From Chlamydiia bacterium (GTDB lineage Bacteria > Chlamydiota > Chlamydiia > Chlamydiales > Rhabdochlamydiaceae): a stretch of DNA of 64,000 nt. Where the stretch lies: positions 1 through 64,000 of the forward strand of contig CAWDOQ010000004.1 in the NCBI GenBank assembly GCA_963804085.1, in the 5' to 3' direction. The notes under the pieces are model-generated. The model made no database searches. It was not told the origin of the DNA and worked only from the letters and a program-made list of their open reading frames with translations. Positions 19,947-29,448 of this stretch are shown here, piece after piece (within the stretch, counting starts at the first letter, position 1; each line of letters starts with the position of its first letter). A program made the position numbers and the translations under genes.

Positions 19947-21353
19947 ATGACAACAAAAGTATCAGCCATTACGACATTCACCCATCTTCCTGAGATCTCA
20001 AAGGGTCCGCGTATCAAAGTGGAGTCCTTTTTAGACCAGGATTCTTTTGCTGCCTTTGCTGCAGCAGGAAAAAGCGCTCAAGTGTCAGACCCCGAATACC
20101 TACGCTCTAAAGTGAGGCAAAACCTCGCTAAAAAGCTGCATAAAGATAGCTTTGTTGTTTTAGAGGGCGAGGATCTCAAAACCTACAAGCTTCCGGTGCA
20201 GGGCTTCTTTGCCACCATCGCCTACTACTTTGGCTATTACCACCAAAACCTCGGCAGCGATTTAAGCGAGCTGAGCAAAAAAAGAACTTTAGAAGCGATT
20301 AAATTTTTAAAGGGCGAACCTCCTGCCACACTCGTCGGCTTAAGAGAGATCTGCATGCGTGTGCACGGCTTTTCTAAAGAGATTAAAGGGATGCACGAGC
20401 TGCTCCAAAAGAGCGAAGAGAAGCTTGCTCGCGATACAGGTGAGCTCTGGTTTTTAGCCCGCTGGATCTGTCAGCTTGCTCAATCCATCCTCGCGCTTTT
20501 TGGAGGTGGCTCATCCGAAGCTGTACGCATAGACAATCGATGGACCTTGCTCAACCAAGAGAACGGGGTATTAGATATGCTCAATAAAGGGCAATTTACA
20601 AGTACCCCCCATGTTAGACGTGGCCTTCGTGTGGGACAAACCGAAATTACGGTTATGGGCGAAAAGTCAGAATACGGGGTCTATGCGCGGCCTGCCTTGT
20701 TTATTCCTTCGAATGATAAATCCAGGGAAGGAGCTAGATTTAACGGCAGAACCACATTTTGCCTTTCCAGAGATGGAATTGATGCAGAAGCGTGGATAAG
20801 CATGCGCTACTATTGGAATGAAGAGGGATCTAGTTCACTGACGGGTGAAGATGAGTACATCCCGACACGCCCTCTGGTCAATAGAAGGCTCTATATTTCC
20901 GAGATAGGGGATACTATCTTTGGAAGAGGACAACGAGATACGGGTAACGATCTGCCGATTATGCGCAAACTGGTCCAGCTCTCCGTGGAAGTTCTTTTGA
21001 GAGAAGGCGAATACAGATTAGAATTCGGCAGCAACCATGATGAGGCCTATGCGTTTACTGCGGCAGGATTTGACTCTGATAAAGATGATGAGTTAAAGGC
21101 GAAAATTCTTGCAGCGCGCCAGCAAGGCAAAAAGTTTCCCGACTACAAAGATGAATCGAGCTTTAAGATGAATCTCTACAATGAACCTGCAGGCAGCGCC
21201 TTAACGCAACCCGTTGACTTTGGTGAAGGCGCAACCACATGGGGAGCCATCATCAAAGCAGCCCCCATGCTCAATCCAGGAACCGGCCACATCCTGCCCC
21301 GCTTCTGGCACCGCGACTTCTTTCTTCTCGAAAAGCCAGCAGCTAAAGCCTAA
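19947..21353 (+). CDS. Hypothetical protein, paralog of 18442-19893
   Basis: Collinear shared motifs with the upstream gene. Confidence 0.8.
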   Translation: MTTKVSAITTFTHLPEISKGPRIKVESFLDQDSFAAFAAAGKSAQVSDPEYLRSKVRQNLAKKLHKDSFVVLEGEDLKTYKLPVQGFFATIAYYFGYYHQNLGSDLSELSKKRTLEAIKFLKGEPPATLVGLREICMRVHGFSKEIKGMHELLQKSEEKLARDTGELWFLARWICQLAQSILALFGGGSSEAVRIDNRWTLLNQENGVLDMLNKGQFTSTPHVRRGLRVGQTEITVMGEKSEYGVYARPALFIPSNDKSREGARFNGRTTFCLSRDGIDAEAWISMRYYWNEEGSSSLTGEDEYIPTRPLVNRRLYISEIGDTIFGRGQRDTGNDLPIMRKLVQLSVEVLLREGEYRLEFGSNHDEAYAFTAAGFDSDKDDELKAKILAARQQGKKFPDYKDESSFKMNLYNEPAGSALTQPVDFGEGATTWGAIIKAAPMLNPGTGHILPRFWHRDFFLLEKPAAKA

Positions 21354-22744
21354 CGCCATCCCTTTTTCCAAGCTTCATACTCAGAGGGGCGCACGCGATA
21401 GCGTGCAATGTTCCCCTCATGCAAACCCATACTCTCAACTTCTGCTACCTCAATGAAACGCGCTCTCTCCTCTTTTGGAAGAGAGGTTGCTCGCTTTTTA
21501 ATCATGGAGGCGGCGCGCTTTTTGTCCATGCACTCGCGGACAACCTCTGTGATTGTTTCTAGGATGAGATCGCGGTAGCGCATCCTAAAGGGATCAGGCT
21601 CGCCAAGCGTTTGTCTTGCTCTTGAGTAGAGCAAGCAGGAGCGCTCATACGCCCAAACAAATAGATCGCGCAAGAGTTCCACGCGGTTCAATTCATAGAC
21701 AGCCAGGATCCCATCGATATAGATTCTTTCCGGCACATCGACGAATGAAAGGGGAGAGAGATTCTCGCGAATGAGTGGGATGTTAGCCGCCAAGCGAGAG
21801 ACCCGTTTATTGACATCTTCAAAGGGCTGCAAGTAGGGGAGGTGCACCATGGAAAAGAACGCTTGCTCAAACGGGTCTTTAATCAGAGAGGCGCGATGCA
21901 GAATTTGTCCAAAGAAATCAGAAATGAGTTGAGGTACAGCTAATGGTTCATACACCGTTCCTCCAATTCCTACAGCAAGCGTGCGCAAACTTCCGGATGC
22001 GCGTGGATCAGATAGCAAGTTGTTCGACAAGAGGGCATGTAAGTTGAGAATCGTATAGTTGTTAAATCCCAAATATTCTGCCGACTCCACTAAAAACTCG
22101 ATGGCAGCTTTGTGATTTAAAATCATTTGCGCTTCCTTCATGTTTTTGCCGTCAGATAGCTCTCCTAATGCGAGCAGCCTCTCTGTATCGAGCAGCGAGT
22201 AGGTGTTGCCCTCCAAGCGGCTCGAGTTCCAAGATAGGTCGATAAGCAAGCGATTGAAAATTTGGCGTGCGTAGGTGCCCGCTGCCCGTTTGCCATCAGG
22301 CGATTTTCCGAGCTCCAAAAGATGTTTGCGCATGGGCGCAGGAAGGTAGTAGGTCTCGTTGGGTCTGTATTTTTCCAAAAACTCTCTGTTGTAACTGACG
22401 GGCCTGCGTGCGGCTATTGGACGTCGTATCTGTGCTTGAACCGATTGGGCTACAGAGGAAAGAGGAATAGCGCTCTCTTCTGCTTTTTCTTTAGCGACAT
22501 AAGCTGAAGTGTCGTCCGCCCGATACATTCGAACAGCTCCAATGCGGTATCTTCGCGAGCGCGTCCTTCCTTCTGCTTCCAGTGTGCCCATTTTAACCAG
22601 AAGGGCCAAATGACGTTGCAACGTGCGCCTGGCTGGCATCTTATCTAGAGCCCCAAAAATCTCGTCAAAAGAAGCGCCGTATGGAAAGAGCTTCACTGCA
22701 TACAGGAGTGTATCAAGATCACTTTGCAAAATAGCTTTAGGCAT
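21350..22744 (-). CDS. Fic-domain protein with N-terminal HTH
   Basis: SSRLEGNT and variant Fic motif YLQPFEDVNKRVSR; GGAGG RBS before ATG 22744. Confidence 0.88.
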   Translation of the reverse strand: MPKAILQSDLDTLLYAVKLFPYGASFDEIFGALDKMPARRTLQRHLALLVKMGTLEAEGRTRSRRYRIGAVRMYRADDTSAYVAKEKAEESAIPLSSVAQSVQAQIRRPIAARRPVSYNREFLEKYRPNETYYLPAPMRKHLLELGKSPDGKRAAGTYARQIFNRLLIDLSWNSSRLEGNTYSLLDTERLLALGELSDGKNMKEAQMILNHKAAIEFLVESAEYLGFNNYTILNLHALLSNNLLSDPRASGSLRTLAVGIGGTVYEPLAVPQLISDFFGQILHRASLIKDPFEQAFFSMVHLPYLQPFEDVNKRVSRLAANIPLIRENLSPLSFVDVPERIYIDGILAVYELNRVELLRDLFVWAYERSCLLYSRARQTLGEPDPFRMRYRDLILETITEVVRECMDKKRAASMIKKRATSLPKEERARFIEVAEVESMGLHEGNIARYRVRPSEYEAWKKGWR

Positions 22745-22756
22745 TTTTCCTCCTAA

Positions 22757-22828
22757 TTGCGCCAATAAGATAATTTATAAGACATCTAGAGAGTATTGCG
22801 CCACAAAAACATCATTTAAGTGGCGCAA
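22757..22828. promoter_or_regulatory. Probable Fic autoregulatory operator
   Basis: Inverted repeat ttgcgccac (22796-22804) N15 gtggcgcaa (22820-22828), plus a third half-site ttgcgcca at 22757-22764. Confidence 0.55.
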
Positions 22829-22838
22829 ATGAGTTCAA

Positions 22839-23420
22839 TTAGGCGAGCTGCACAGAGGTCTCCTTGGTTTTAAAGAGGCATCTGCGCAGAAGGCTAAATA
22901 GCCGTGTCGAAAAGCAGCACCTACGCGGCTCCTCGTTTTTGCAGGCATATTCTCTTGAGGCTTCTCCATTTAAAAAGTCCCGCATCTTCATGAGCCGCCC
23001 AGGATTGTCGAATTGACAAGAGAGAAAGTGTATCTCACTTTTGACGACAAGAGATCCGCATAGCCTTCCCTGTGCAACGGTATTCACCCGAACGCCGATA
23101 AAGAGTTGACCCTTCTTTTTGCCGATGCCGATAGTGAGGGGATTTTCTCTGCAGGGTCTAATGGGTACGGAAAACTCTCCAAAAGGCTCCATGAGAACAT
23201 TATGGGGAGAACAGAGGATTCGCGCATGGCGAAAATGCTCTACTCCCAATTCTTGGATCATCTTCTGCGGAATCCGAGGAGCGATCCTTTTGTACGACTC
23301 TTTATAGCAGCTAATCGCAAGAGCTTTATTGGTTCTTGCGCACCCTCTTTGCTCATAAGTTGTCAAAAAAGAGGCGATGATGGGACAAATATTTCCATTC
23401 GTAAAAACTTGTACTGACAT
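22839..23420 (-). CDS. Hypothetical protein with F-box-like N-terminus
   Basis: IIASFLT...CARTNKAL resembles a degenerate F-box. Confidence 0.6.
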   Translation of the reverse strand: MSVQVFTNGNICPIIASFLTTYEQRGCARTNKALAISCYKESYKRIAPRIPQKMIQELGVEHFRHARILCSPHNVLMEPFGEFSVPIRPCRENPLTIGIGKKKGQLFIGVRVNTVAQGRLCGSLVVKSEIHFLSCQFDNPGRLMKMRDFLNGEASREYACKNEEPRRCCFSTRLFSLLRRCLFKTKETSVQLA

Positions 23421-23487
23421 AACTTACCTATATTTAATTGTTAAAAATCTGATTTTAAAAACGAGGATTTAGGTGGATTGAGGTAGA

Positions 23488-23826
23488 TTATTGGGCGAGT
23501 GCCCACCAAGTGCATACGAGAGGAATAGAGAAGTGTGCTTGAGCCTTTAGTAACTTTCTAAGCGCAGTGTCGATGATCTTTAGGGCGTTGGATCCGCGGG
23601 TGATTTGCGCGATGCTTACTTTAAACTTCTTTGCAATCTGCCGCTGAGTCAACTTTCCCTCTTCCAGAGCTTTTACGATTAGGTAGCGCCTTCCTAAAAC
23701 CTTCTTCTCTTTCAAAGTAAAAAAGAGGTCAAAAAGAGGCTGGAGCTCCTCGGGGGACCTTCCCTTGCAAAGAGCCAGAAACTCCTGAAAACCGGCGCTG
23801 TTCTTATCGTCATATTTTTTAAACAT
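23488..23826 (-). CDS. trpR: Trp operon repressor
   Basis: LTQRQIAKKFKVSIAQITRGSNALK HTH typical of TrpR. ATG 23826 chosen as start. Confidence 0.88.
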   Translation of the reverse strand: MFKKYDDKNSAGFQEFLALCKGRSPEELQPLFDLFFTLKEKKVLGRRYLIVKALEEGKLTQRQIAKKFKVSIAQITRGSNALKIIDTALRKLLKAQAHFSIPLVCTWWALAQ

Positions 23827-23828
23827 GG

Positions 23829-23848
23829 TGTAATGGTACAACAGTACA
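23829..23848. promoter_or_regulatory. Putative TrpR operator
   Basis: TGTAAT-N8-AGTACA imperfect palindrome immediately upstream of trpR; spacing matches known trp operators. Confidence 0.6.
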
Positions 23849-23967
23849 ATGGTGTTTTGCAATAGGTTTTTTGAGGTGAGTGAGGGGTTTGTGCGTAAGT
23901 GGTTGATTTTAAGGGAGAAATGAGTTTCTTTTTTTTGGTGGGCATTTGAGGTATACTGCTATCCCTT

Positions 23968-25272
23968 ATGGATCAAGAGATTGAGCTAGAGATTGAGCGG
24001 CTGGGGGTAAATGGCGAGGGGGTCGCATCGCTTGAGGGGTTTGTCCTCTTTGTCGATGGGGCGCTTCCTGGTGAGCGCATTCGCGCCAAGATCTACGAGC
24101 GCAGAAAGAGCTTTGGGCGCGCCTCTGTTGTGGAAATTTTGCGCAGGTCGCCGCACAGAGTAGAGCCCGTTTGTCCGCTTTTTGGTAGGTGCGGCGGTTG
24201 CCAGCTGATGCATCTGGCATATTCTGAGCAGCTCAAAGCAAAACGCCAAAGGGTGGTCGATGCGCTAGAGCGCATTGGTAAGATCTCCGGTTCTTCTGTT
24301 TTATCTTGTCTTCCTTCACCTGAATCGCTTTCTTATCGCAATAAGATCCAGCTTCCGGTCTCACAATCTGGAAAGCTCGGGCTTTATGCGCAAGGCTCGC
24401 ATGATCTTATCGAAATCGAGCGCTGCTTCATCCACTCTCACTTGGGTGAGAGGGTCTTCAAAGAGGTCCAAAAGCTAGTTTCTTCTAAGGACGACTTTAG
24501 ACATGTTCTCATTAAAACTGCTGTCCACACAAATGAAGCCTTAGTGATTGTTGTGACAAAAGGTGAGGAGTTTCCAAAAGGTTTTGCAGAAAAGCTTCTC
24601 AACAGCATGCCCGAGATCAAAGGAGTGGTGCAGAACATCAATGCAGTACCCGGCAATGTGATTCTGGGTCCGACATTTAAGACAGTAGCCGGGCAGGGGT
24701 GGATCCAAGAGAGGCTTCACAATCTGCTTTTCAAAGTGTCGCCCGCCTCCTTTTTCCAAGTCAATCCTACACAGGCAGAGAAGCTCTACAGCCTCGTTTT
24801 GGAGATGTGTGCGCTTGAGGGAGGCGAGACTGTTTTAGATGCCTTCTGCGGTGTCGGAACGCTTGCGCTTATCTTGGCGAAGAACGCAAAAGAGGTGGTC
24901 GGCATCGAATGCGTAGAAGATGCCATTTCCGATGCAAAAGAAAATGCGCAGCTCAATGGGATTTGTAATGCCAACTTCATTTGCGGTCTTGCCGAAGAGA
25001 AGATCGTCACTCTACAAAAGGTAGATGTCGCTGTTCTTAATCCCCCCAGAAAAGGGTGCGAGCCCCTTCTTTTAGAAAAACTTGCCAAGCTTGCTCCGAA
25101 AAGCATTGTCTACATCTCTTGCGATCCTGCAACGCTTGCGCGTGATCTTAGGTTTCTGATAGACAGAGGATACACGCTCGATCAGGTGCAGCCTCTGGAT
25201 ATGTTTCCGCAGACGGCCCATGTTGAGTGCGTCGTAAAATTGATTAAAGATGAAGCCTCAAAACTGGCCTGA
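23968..25272 (+). CDS. rlmD: 23S rRNA (uracil-5)-methyltransferase
   Basis: TRAM domain, CxxxxxCGGC Fe-S motif, SFFQVN, NPPRKG, YISCDPATLARD, DMFPQTAHVE. Confidence 0.93.
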   Translation: MDQEIELEIERLGVNGEGVASLEGFVLFVDGALPGERIRAKIYERRKSFGRASVVEILRRSPHRVEPVCPLFGRCGGCQLMHLAYSEQLKAKRQRVVDALERIGKISGSSVLSCLPSPESLSYRNKIQLPVSQSGKLGLYAQGSHDLIEIERCFIHSHLGERVFKEVQKLVSSKDDFRHVLIKTAVHTNEALVIVVTKGEEFPKGFAEKLLNSMPEIKGVVQNINAVPGNVILGPTFKTVAGQGWIQERLHNLLFKVSPASFFQVNPTQAEKLYSLVLEMCALEGGETVLDAFCGVGTLALILAKNAKEVVGIECVEDAISDAKENAQLNGICNANFICGLAEEKIVTLQKVDVAVLNPPRKGCEPLLLEKLAKLAPKSIVYISCDPATLARDLRFLIDRGYTLDQVQPLDMFPQTAHVECVVKLIKDEASKLA

Positions 25273-25858
25273 AGAGTTTATCTATTCGCCCAGATCGATC
25301 TCCTCTGAGATCAGCTATGAATTTTTAAGATTTTGTCTCGGAGTGCCCGAGCATGAAGAGCATATCTCCTCTATAATCGAGAAGGCAAGAGTCCACCCTC
25401 ACATTAAAATCGAAATTCTCAAAGAGGAGCACCCTCTTGCTAAAGTGAGAACAAAAGAGGGGTATATCCAAAGAGGTGTCTTTGCGACCGGATCGCTACC
25501 CGCTCAAGAGGAGCTGGGAGAGTATGTGGGCGCGCTATTTTTGGAAAATGGGGATGAGCCTCTTGAGAAGATCTTTGCGAAACGTAAGCTTTCAGAATAT
25601 GCGTGGATTGCCAAGATGCACCATTATTTCCTATTGGTTGAGCCCAAACAAGTTGCCAATGAGCTGGCATTCATCAACGACTTTCGCGGTATAGCGAGTG
25701 AGCCCAATGTCGGCGTCAAATGGATAAAACATCGCGGTAGTTTTTACTTTGGGTATGTCACTCTCTCTCCCATCGAAGCAGGCGAAGAGCTACTCGTCGA
25801 TTACGGACAGAATTATTGGAGGCGCAAGTCTCCTGCACCTCCCATGACTACGAATTAA
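25250..25858 (+). CDS. SET-domain lysine methyltransferase
   Basis: GVFA..GEYVG, FINDFRG..PNV and GEELLVDYG..YW motifs. Confidence 0.88.
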   Translation: MKPQNWPEEFIYSPRSISSEISYEFLRFCLGVPEHEEHISSIIEKARVHPHIKIEILKEEHPLAKVRTKEGYIQRGVFATGSLPAQEELGEYVGALFLENGDEPLEKIFAKRKLSEYAWIAKMHHYFLLVEPKQVANELAFINDFRGIASEPNVGVKWIKHRGSFYFGYVTLSPIEAGEELLVDYGQNYWRRKSPAPPMTTN

Positions 25859-26342
25859 CAGAGTCGTATATCTCCTGTGTGGACTGAGGCATAATGACAA
25901 CCTCCATTGTGTGAAAGTCTGGTTGGTAGTTGATCGATTGTGTTAGCTCTGGATCGTAGGCGATCAGGATCGTCTGATAGAAAATTTTCAGAGGGGCAAG
26001 AGCCGCTCCAACAGCACTTTCTAGTGCGTAGTCGAGTGTTCTTTGTAGATTATAGATCGCATCTTTAAATGAGCATTGATCGGAACAGAGGGTGCCCAAA
26101 AAGTTGATGATGGCAAAAATAAGAGCCTCGATTGCTTTGAGCGGATTTTTGAATGTTTCTATGGTGACATCCAAAAGGGCTACAGGAAGCGCGCAAAAGC
26201 GCGCTGCACAGATATCTTCTTTATCATCTTTTGAAGCAAAGCCGTTGAGCCCGGCATAGATGTGGTTCTGCATTCTTGTGCCGTAGTGGTCTATGTAGAA
26301 AGTTTTCATGAGAGTACTCCTTGATTTGTGATAAAAAATCAA
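25848..26342 (-). CDS. Hypothetical protein
   Basis: Helical hydrophobic ORF. Start may be the later ATG after GGAG (MKTFY). Confidence 0.6.
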   Translation of the reverse strand: MIFYHKSRSTLMKTFYIDHYGTRMQNHIYAGLNGFASKDDKEDICAARFCALPVALLDVTIETFKNPLKAIEALIFAIINFLGTLCSDQCSFKDAIYNLQRTLDYALESAVGAALAPLKIFYQTILIAYDPELTQSINYQPDFHTMEVVIMPQSTQEIYDSVNS

Positions 26343-26385
26343 CCGTGGATTTTAACGGATTGCTCTGTTAAAACAAAAGATATTT

Positions 26386-27369
26386 ATGTCAAAAAAACAT
26401 CTTGCAAAAATGGAGTTTGTCAAGGATGAGGCAGGCCAAGAGCTGCTCCTCAAAGATGGCAAATTTCAAGTGATGATGGAGTGGGAGAAGCCCTACATGG
26501 AGGCGTGTATCGATGCGCTTCAGCCTAGAGGAGACGTTCTAGAGGTCGGTTTTGGCTGCGGCTACTCGGCCACCCACATTCAGCGCCACAGTCCCAAAAG
26601 CCACACGATCATCGAGTATCATCCCGTCGTTGCTGCGAAGGCAAGAGAGTGGGCTAAAGCCTACCCTAACGTCACAATCGTCGAAGATACTTGGCAGCAT
26701 GCCCTTTCTCGGCTCGGCATGTATGATGAGATCTTTTTCGACGACTATCCGCTTGAGAGCGATGCCGAGATGAAGAAGATGGAGAAAGAGAAGACGCATG
26801 CCCACTCAGTTCTTCAAACGGGGCAGAAGAAGATGCGTGAGGTTGAAGAGAAGCTCTCTTTTTTAAAAGATGTGCGCTACAAGGATGCGGATCTAGAAGC
26901 CTTTTTTCTTCACATGCAGAAGGGAGAGTCAGTCGAGCCGATCGTCTTTCTGCGCTTCTTCTTTGATCTAGAGGAGAAGGGAAATATCACAGCTAAGCAG
27001 CAGGATAAGATTTTGAAGCGGCTTGTGCGTGAAAAGCGCGTGACAGAAGAGGATATCGCCCGCTACCGCAAAGAAAGAGAGGAGGCCAAAGCAAAATCCT
27101 CCGCTTTTACGTTGGCTAAAATCCGAGGAGATCGCCTCTTTGAGTTTTTAGACGCCTGCTTAAAAAAGCATATGCGCAAAGGGGCGCGCTTCTCCTGCTA
27201 CCTAAACGACCCCACCTCCAAGTTTGAAGATGAAAAATTCTTCAATATGATCATCACCAATCCAGATCTTGACTACACGGAAAAGACGATTCCCATCCTG
27301 GTGCCTCCCACCTGCGATTATTACAAGGCAGATTCTGCTCTTGTGATCACAGTCACAAAAGCAATTTAA
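26386..27369 (+). CDS. Class I SAM methyltransferase, Rmt2/guanidinoacetate N-methyltransferase-like
   Basis: VMMEWEKPYM, VLEVGFGCG, HTIIEYHP, WQ and IFFDDY motifs. Confidence 0.8.
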   Translation: MSKKHLAKMEFVKDEAGQELLLKDGKFQVMMEWEKPYMEACIDALQPRGDVLEVGFGCGYSATHIQRHSPKSHTIIEYHPVVAAKAREWAKAYPNVTIVEDTWQHALSRLGMYDEIFFDDYPLESDAEMKKMEKEKTHAHSVLQTGQKKMREVEEKLSFLKDVRYKDADLEAFFLHMQKGESVEPIVFLRFFFDLEEKGNITAKQQDKILKRLVREKRVTEEDIARYRKEREEAKAKSSAFTLAKIRGDRLFEFLDACLKKHMRKGARFSCYLNDPTSKFEDEKFFNMIITNPDLDYTEKTIPILVPPTCDYYKADSALVITVTKAI

Positions 27370-27394
27370 TTTTTTACTTTATACCCTTCTTTTA

Positions 27395-27471
27395 CGTGCC
27401 CGCTTCCGCGCCCGCATGCGCGCCCGAATTAATCCGGATCGGGCGCGCATGCGGGCGCGGAAGCGGGCGCG
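27395..27471. repeat. 77-bp hairpin element, family A copy 1
   Basis: 33-bp GC-rich arms of CGnnnC-type hexamers; loop ATTAATCCGGA. Confidence 0.95.
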
Positions 27472-27545
27472 AAAAAATAATTTTAATCTTATCTAATTAA
27501 TAAGAATTTAATTATAATAGTCATCTTAATTTGGAGGATAATTAC

Positions 27546-28418
27546 ATGACTACACAAGCTATTCCCGCAGTAAGTGCCGATTGGAAGCCACTCATTCCCA
27601 AACTAAATTTTACAGGCGATGTAAAGCAGATCGCTCCCTTTTTAGATGGAGTTACGAGCGCCAAGGCGATGCTGGTGTGCAAGCTCTGGCAAGGCAAGCT
27701 CCACGAGCCCAGAGATGCGCTGCTCGAAGATCGGATTTGCGTGCAGGAAGGGTTCCCCGAAGAGGTGGTTAAAGCCTTTCGCGCAAAGAATCTCTCTCTT
27801 TGGCGTCTACCGGTAGTACCTACTGAAAAAATACCTAAAGAAGATTATTTCACAGTGAGCCAAGAGGATATGCCGCAGGGGGCCTCTATTGCCCGTCTTA
27901 AAACACAAGGTGGCCGTGTAGGCTTTGCTGTAGATGTTCGAGGCACTATTGATAAACACATAGAGCGACGCTATAAATGGGGTGATGAATCTTTCAATGT
28001 GCGCGATTTTCAAGGTGTAGTCTCTGTGTTCCGCAGATATACAAATTCGGATCAGTGGGTTAAAGATTGCCGGATTGGGGATGAAATGCTCAAGATATAC
28101 TACCAAGTGCATGATGAGTCAAACCACACTGGGTCCAAATCGGTCAGTTGTCCTACCTGCCCTACATTCCGTACCGAACACTCTCAGGGTTGCAAAGAAT
28201 TTATCATCCGTATGTGCACCGGAACCGATCCAGTGTTTAAGCTCGCAAAAGAGATAGAGATGGTGGCAACACCGCCTCCTCTCCCACCACTCATACCCAA
28301 ACCAAAACCCGCTCCAGAAAAGACAGAAGAGCCGATGACTCTCTGCTCTTGTCTTGCAGCCTTTGCCGAATGGGTTGTGGGCTGTGTGCGTGCATGTTTA
28401 AATTACTTAGGACTTTAG
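27546..28418 (+). CDS. Tandem paralog family member 1 (F-box-like N-terminus, CPTCP motif, Pro-rich linker, C-terminal amphipathic helix)
   Basis: GGAGG RBS; homologous to the two following genes. Confidence 0.8.
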   Translation: MTTQAIPAVSADWKPLIPKLNFTGDVKQIAPFLDGVTSAKAMLVCKLWQGKLHEPRDALLEDRICVQEGFPEEVVKAFRAKNLSLWRLPVVPTEKIPKEDYFTVSQEDMPQGASIARLKTQGGRVGFAVDVRGTIDKHIERRYKWGDESFNVRDFQGVVSVFRRYTNSDQWVKDCRIGDEMLKIYYQVHDESNHTGSKSVSCPTCPTFRTEHSQGCKEFIIRMCTGTDPVFKLAKEIEMVATPPPLPPLIPKPKPAPEKTEEPMTLCSCLAAFAEWVVGCVRACLNYLGL

Positions 28419-28460
28419 CCGCTTAACGGACGGGGGGCATAACGGACGAAAACGGACAGC

Positions 28461-28535
28461 CCCCAAGAAATAAACTCAAAACTCAAAGTGCAAATTTTTG
28501 CGTTCTGCATTTCGACTTTTGCGTTTCTTCTGGGC
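28461..28535. repeat. Degenerate hairpin of 7-bp periodic units
   Basis: taaactc aaaactc aaagtgc aaa / ttt ttgcgtt ctgcatt tcgactt ttgcgtt; preceded by three aacggac copies. Confidence 0.5.
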
Positions 28536-28573
28536 CTCTCTCTTATAGTTACTAAAATTTGAAGGATAATTCC

Positions 28574-29448
28574 ATGACTACGCAAGCTATTGCTGCTGCA
28601 AGTACAGATTGGAAGCCTCTCTTTCCTAAGTATCCGTTTAGCGGCGATGCGAAGCAGATCACTCTCTTTTTAGATGGAGTTACGAGGGGCGATGCTGGTG
28701 TGCAAGCTCTGGCCAAGAGCTGGCAACACTCCACGTAAGCCGCAGAGATGCGCTGCTCGAAGATCGGATTTGCGTGCAGGAGGGGTTCCCCGAAGAGGTG
28801 GTTAAAGCCTTCCGTCAGCGCGGGCTTTCTCTTTGGCGCCTGCCGGTATGACATGCATACGAAAAGATACCAGAAGATTACATCAGCCTCAAGCGAGATG
28901 CGCTGCCTGCCGGTGCCTCATTGGCACGCTTTAAAGATGCTTCGCATCGCGTTGGATTTGTGGTAGATGTTCGGGGCAACATCGATATGCAAGTAGTGCG
29001 AGATTATCGCGGATATGACGAGTCATTCAACGTCCGCAACTTTAAAAACATAGCCTGTGTTTTCCGCAGATATTCAAATGCGGATAAGTGGGTTAAAGAT
29101 TGTTCAATGGGAGACGAACTACTCAAGATATACGACGATGTGCATAAACCCCACCATACAGGACCATCCATTACATCGTGTCCCACCTGTCCCACGTTTC
29201 GTGCCGACCACTCTCAGGGTTGCAAAGAATTTATCATCCGTATGTGCACCGGAACCGATCCGGTGTTTAAGCTCGCAAAAGAGATAGAGATGGTGGCCAC
29301 ACCGCCTCCTCTTCCACCACTCATACCCAAACCCGCTCCAGAAAAAACAGAAGAGCCGATGACTCTCTGCTCTTGTCTTGCAGCCTTTGCCGAATGGATT
29401 GTGAGCTTTTTTCGCTCATGCCTAAACTACCTTGGACTCGGAGGATAA
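28574..29448 (+). pseudogene. Tandem paralog family member 2, 5' part frameshifted
   Basis: ATG 28574 gives MTTQAIAAASTDWKPLFP; several shifts and stops before the intact 28921-29448 segment. Confidence 0.75.
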
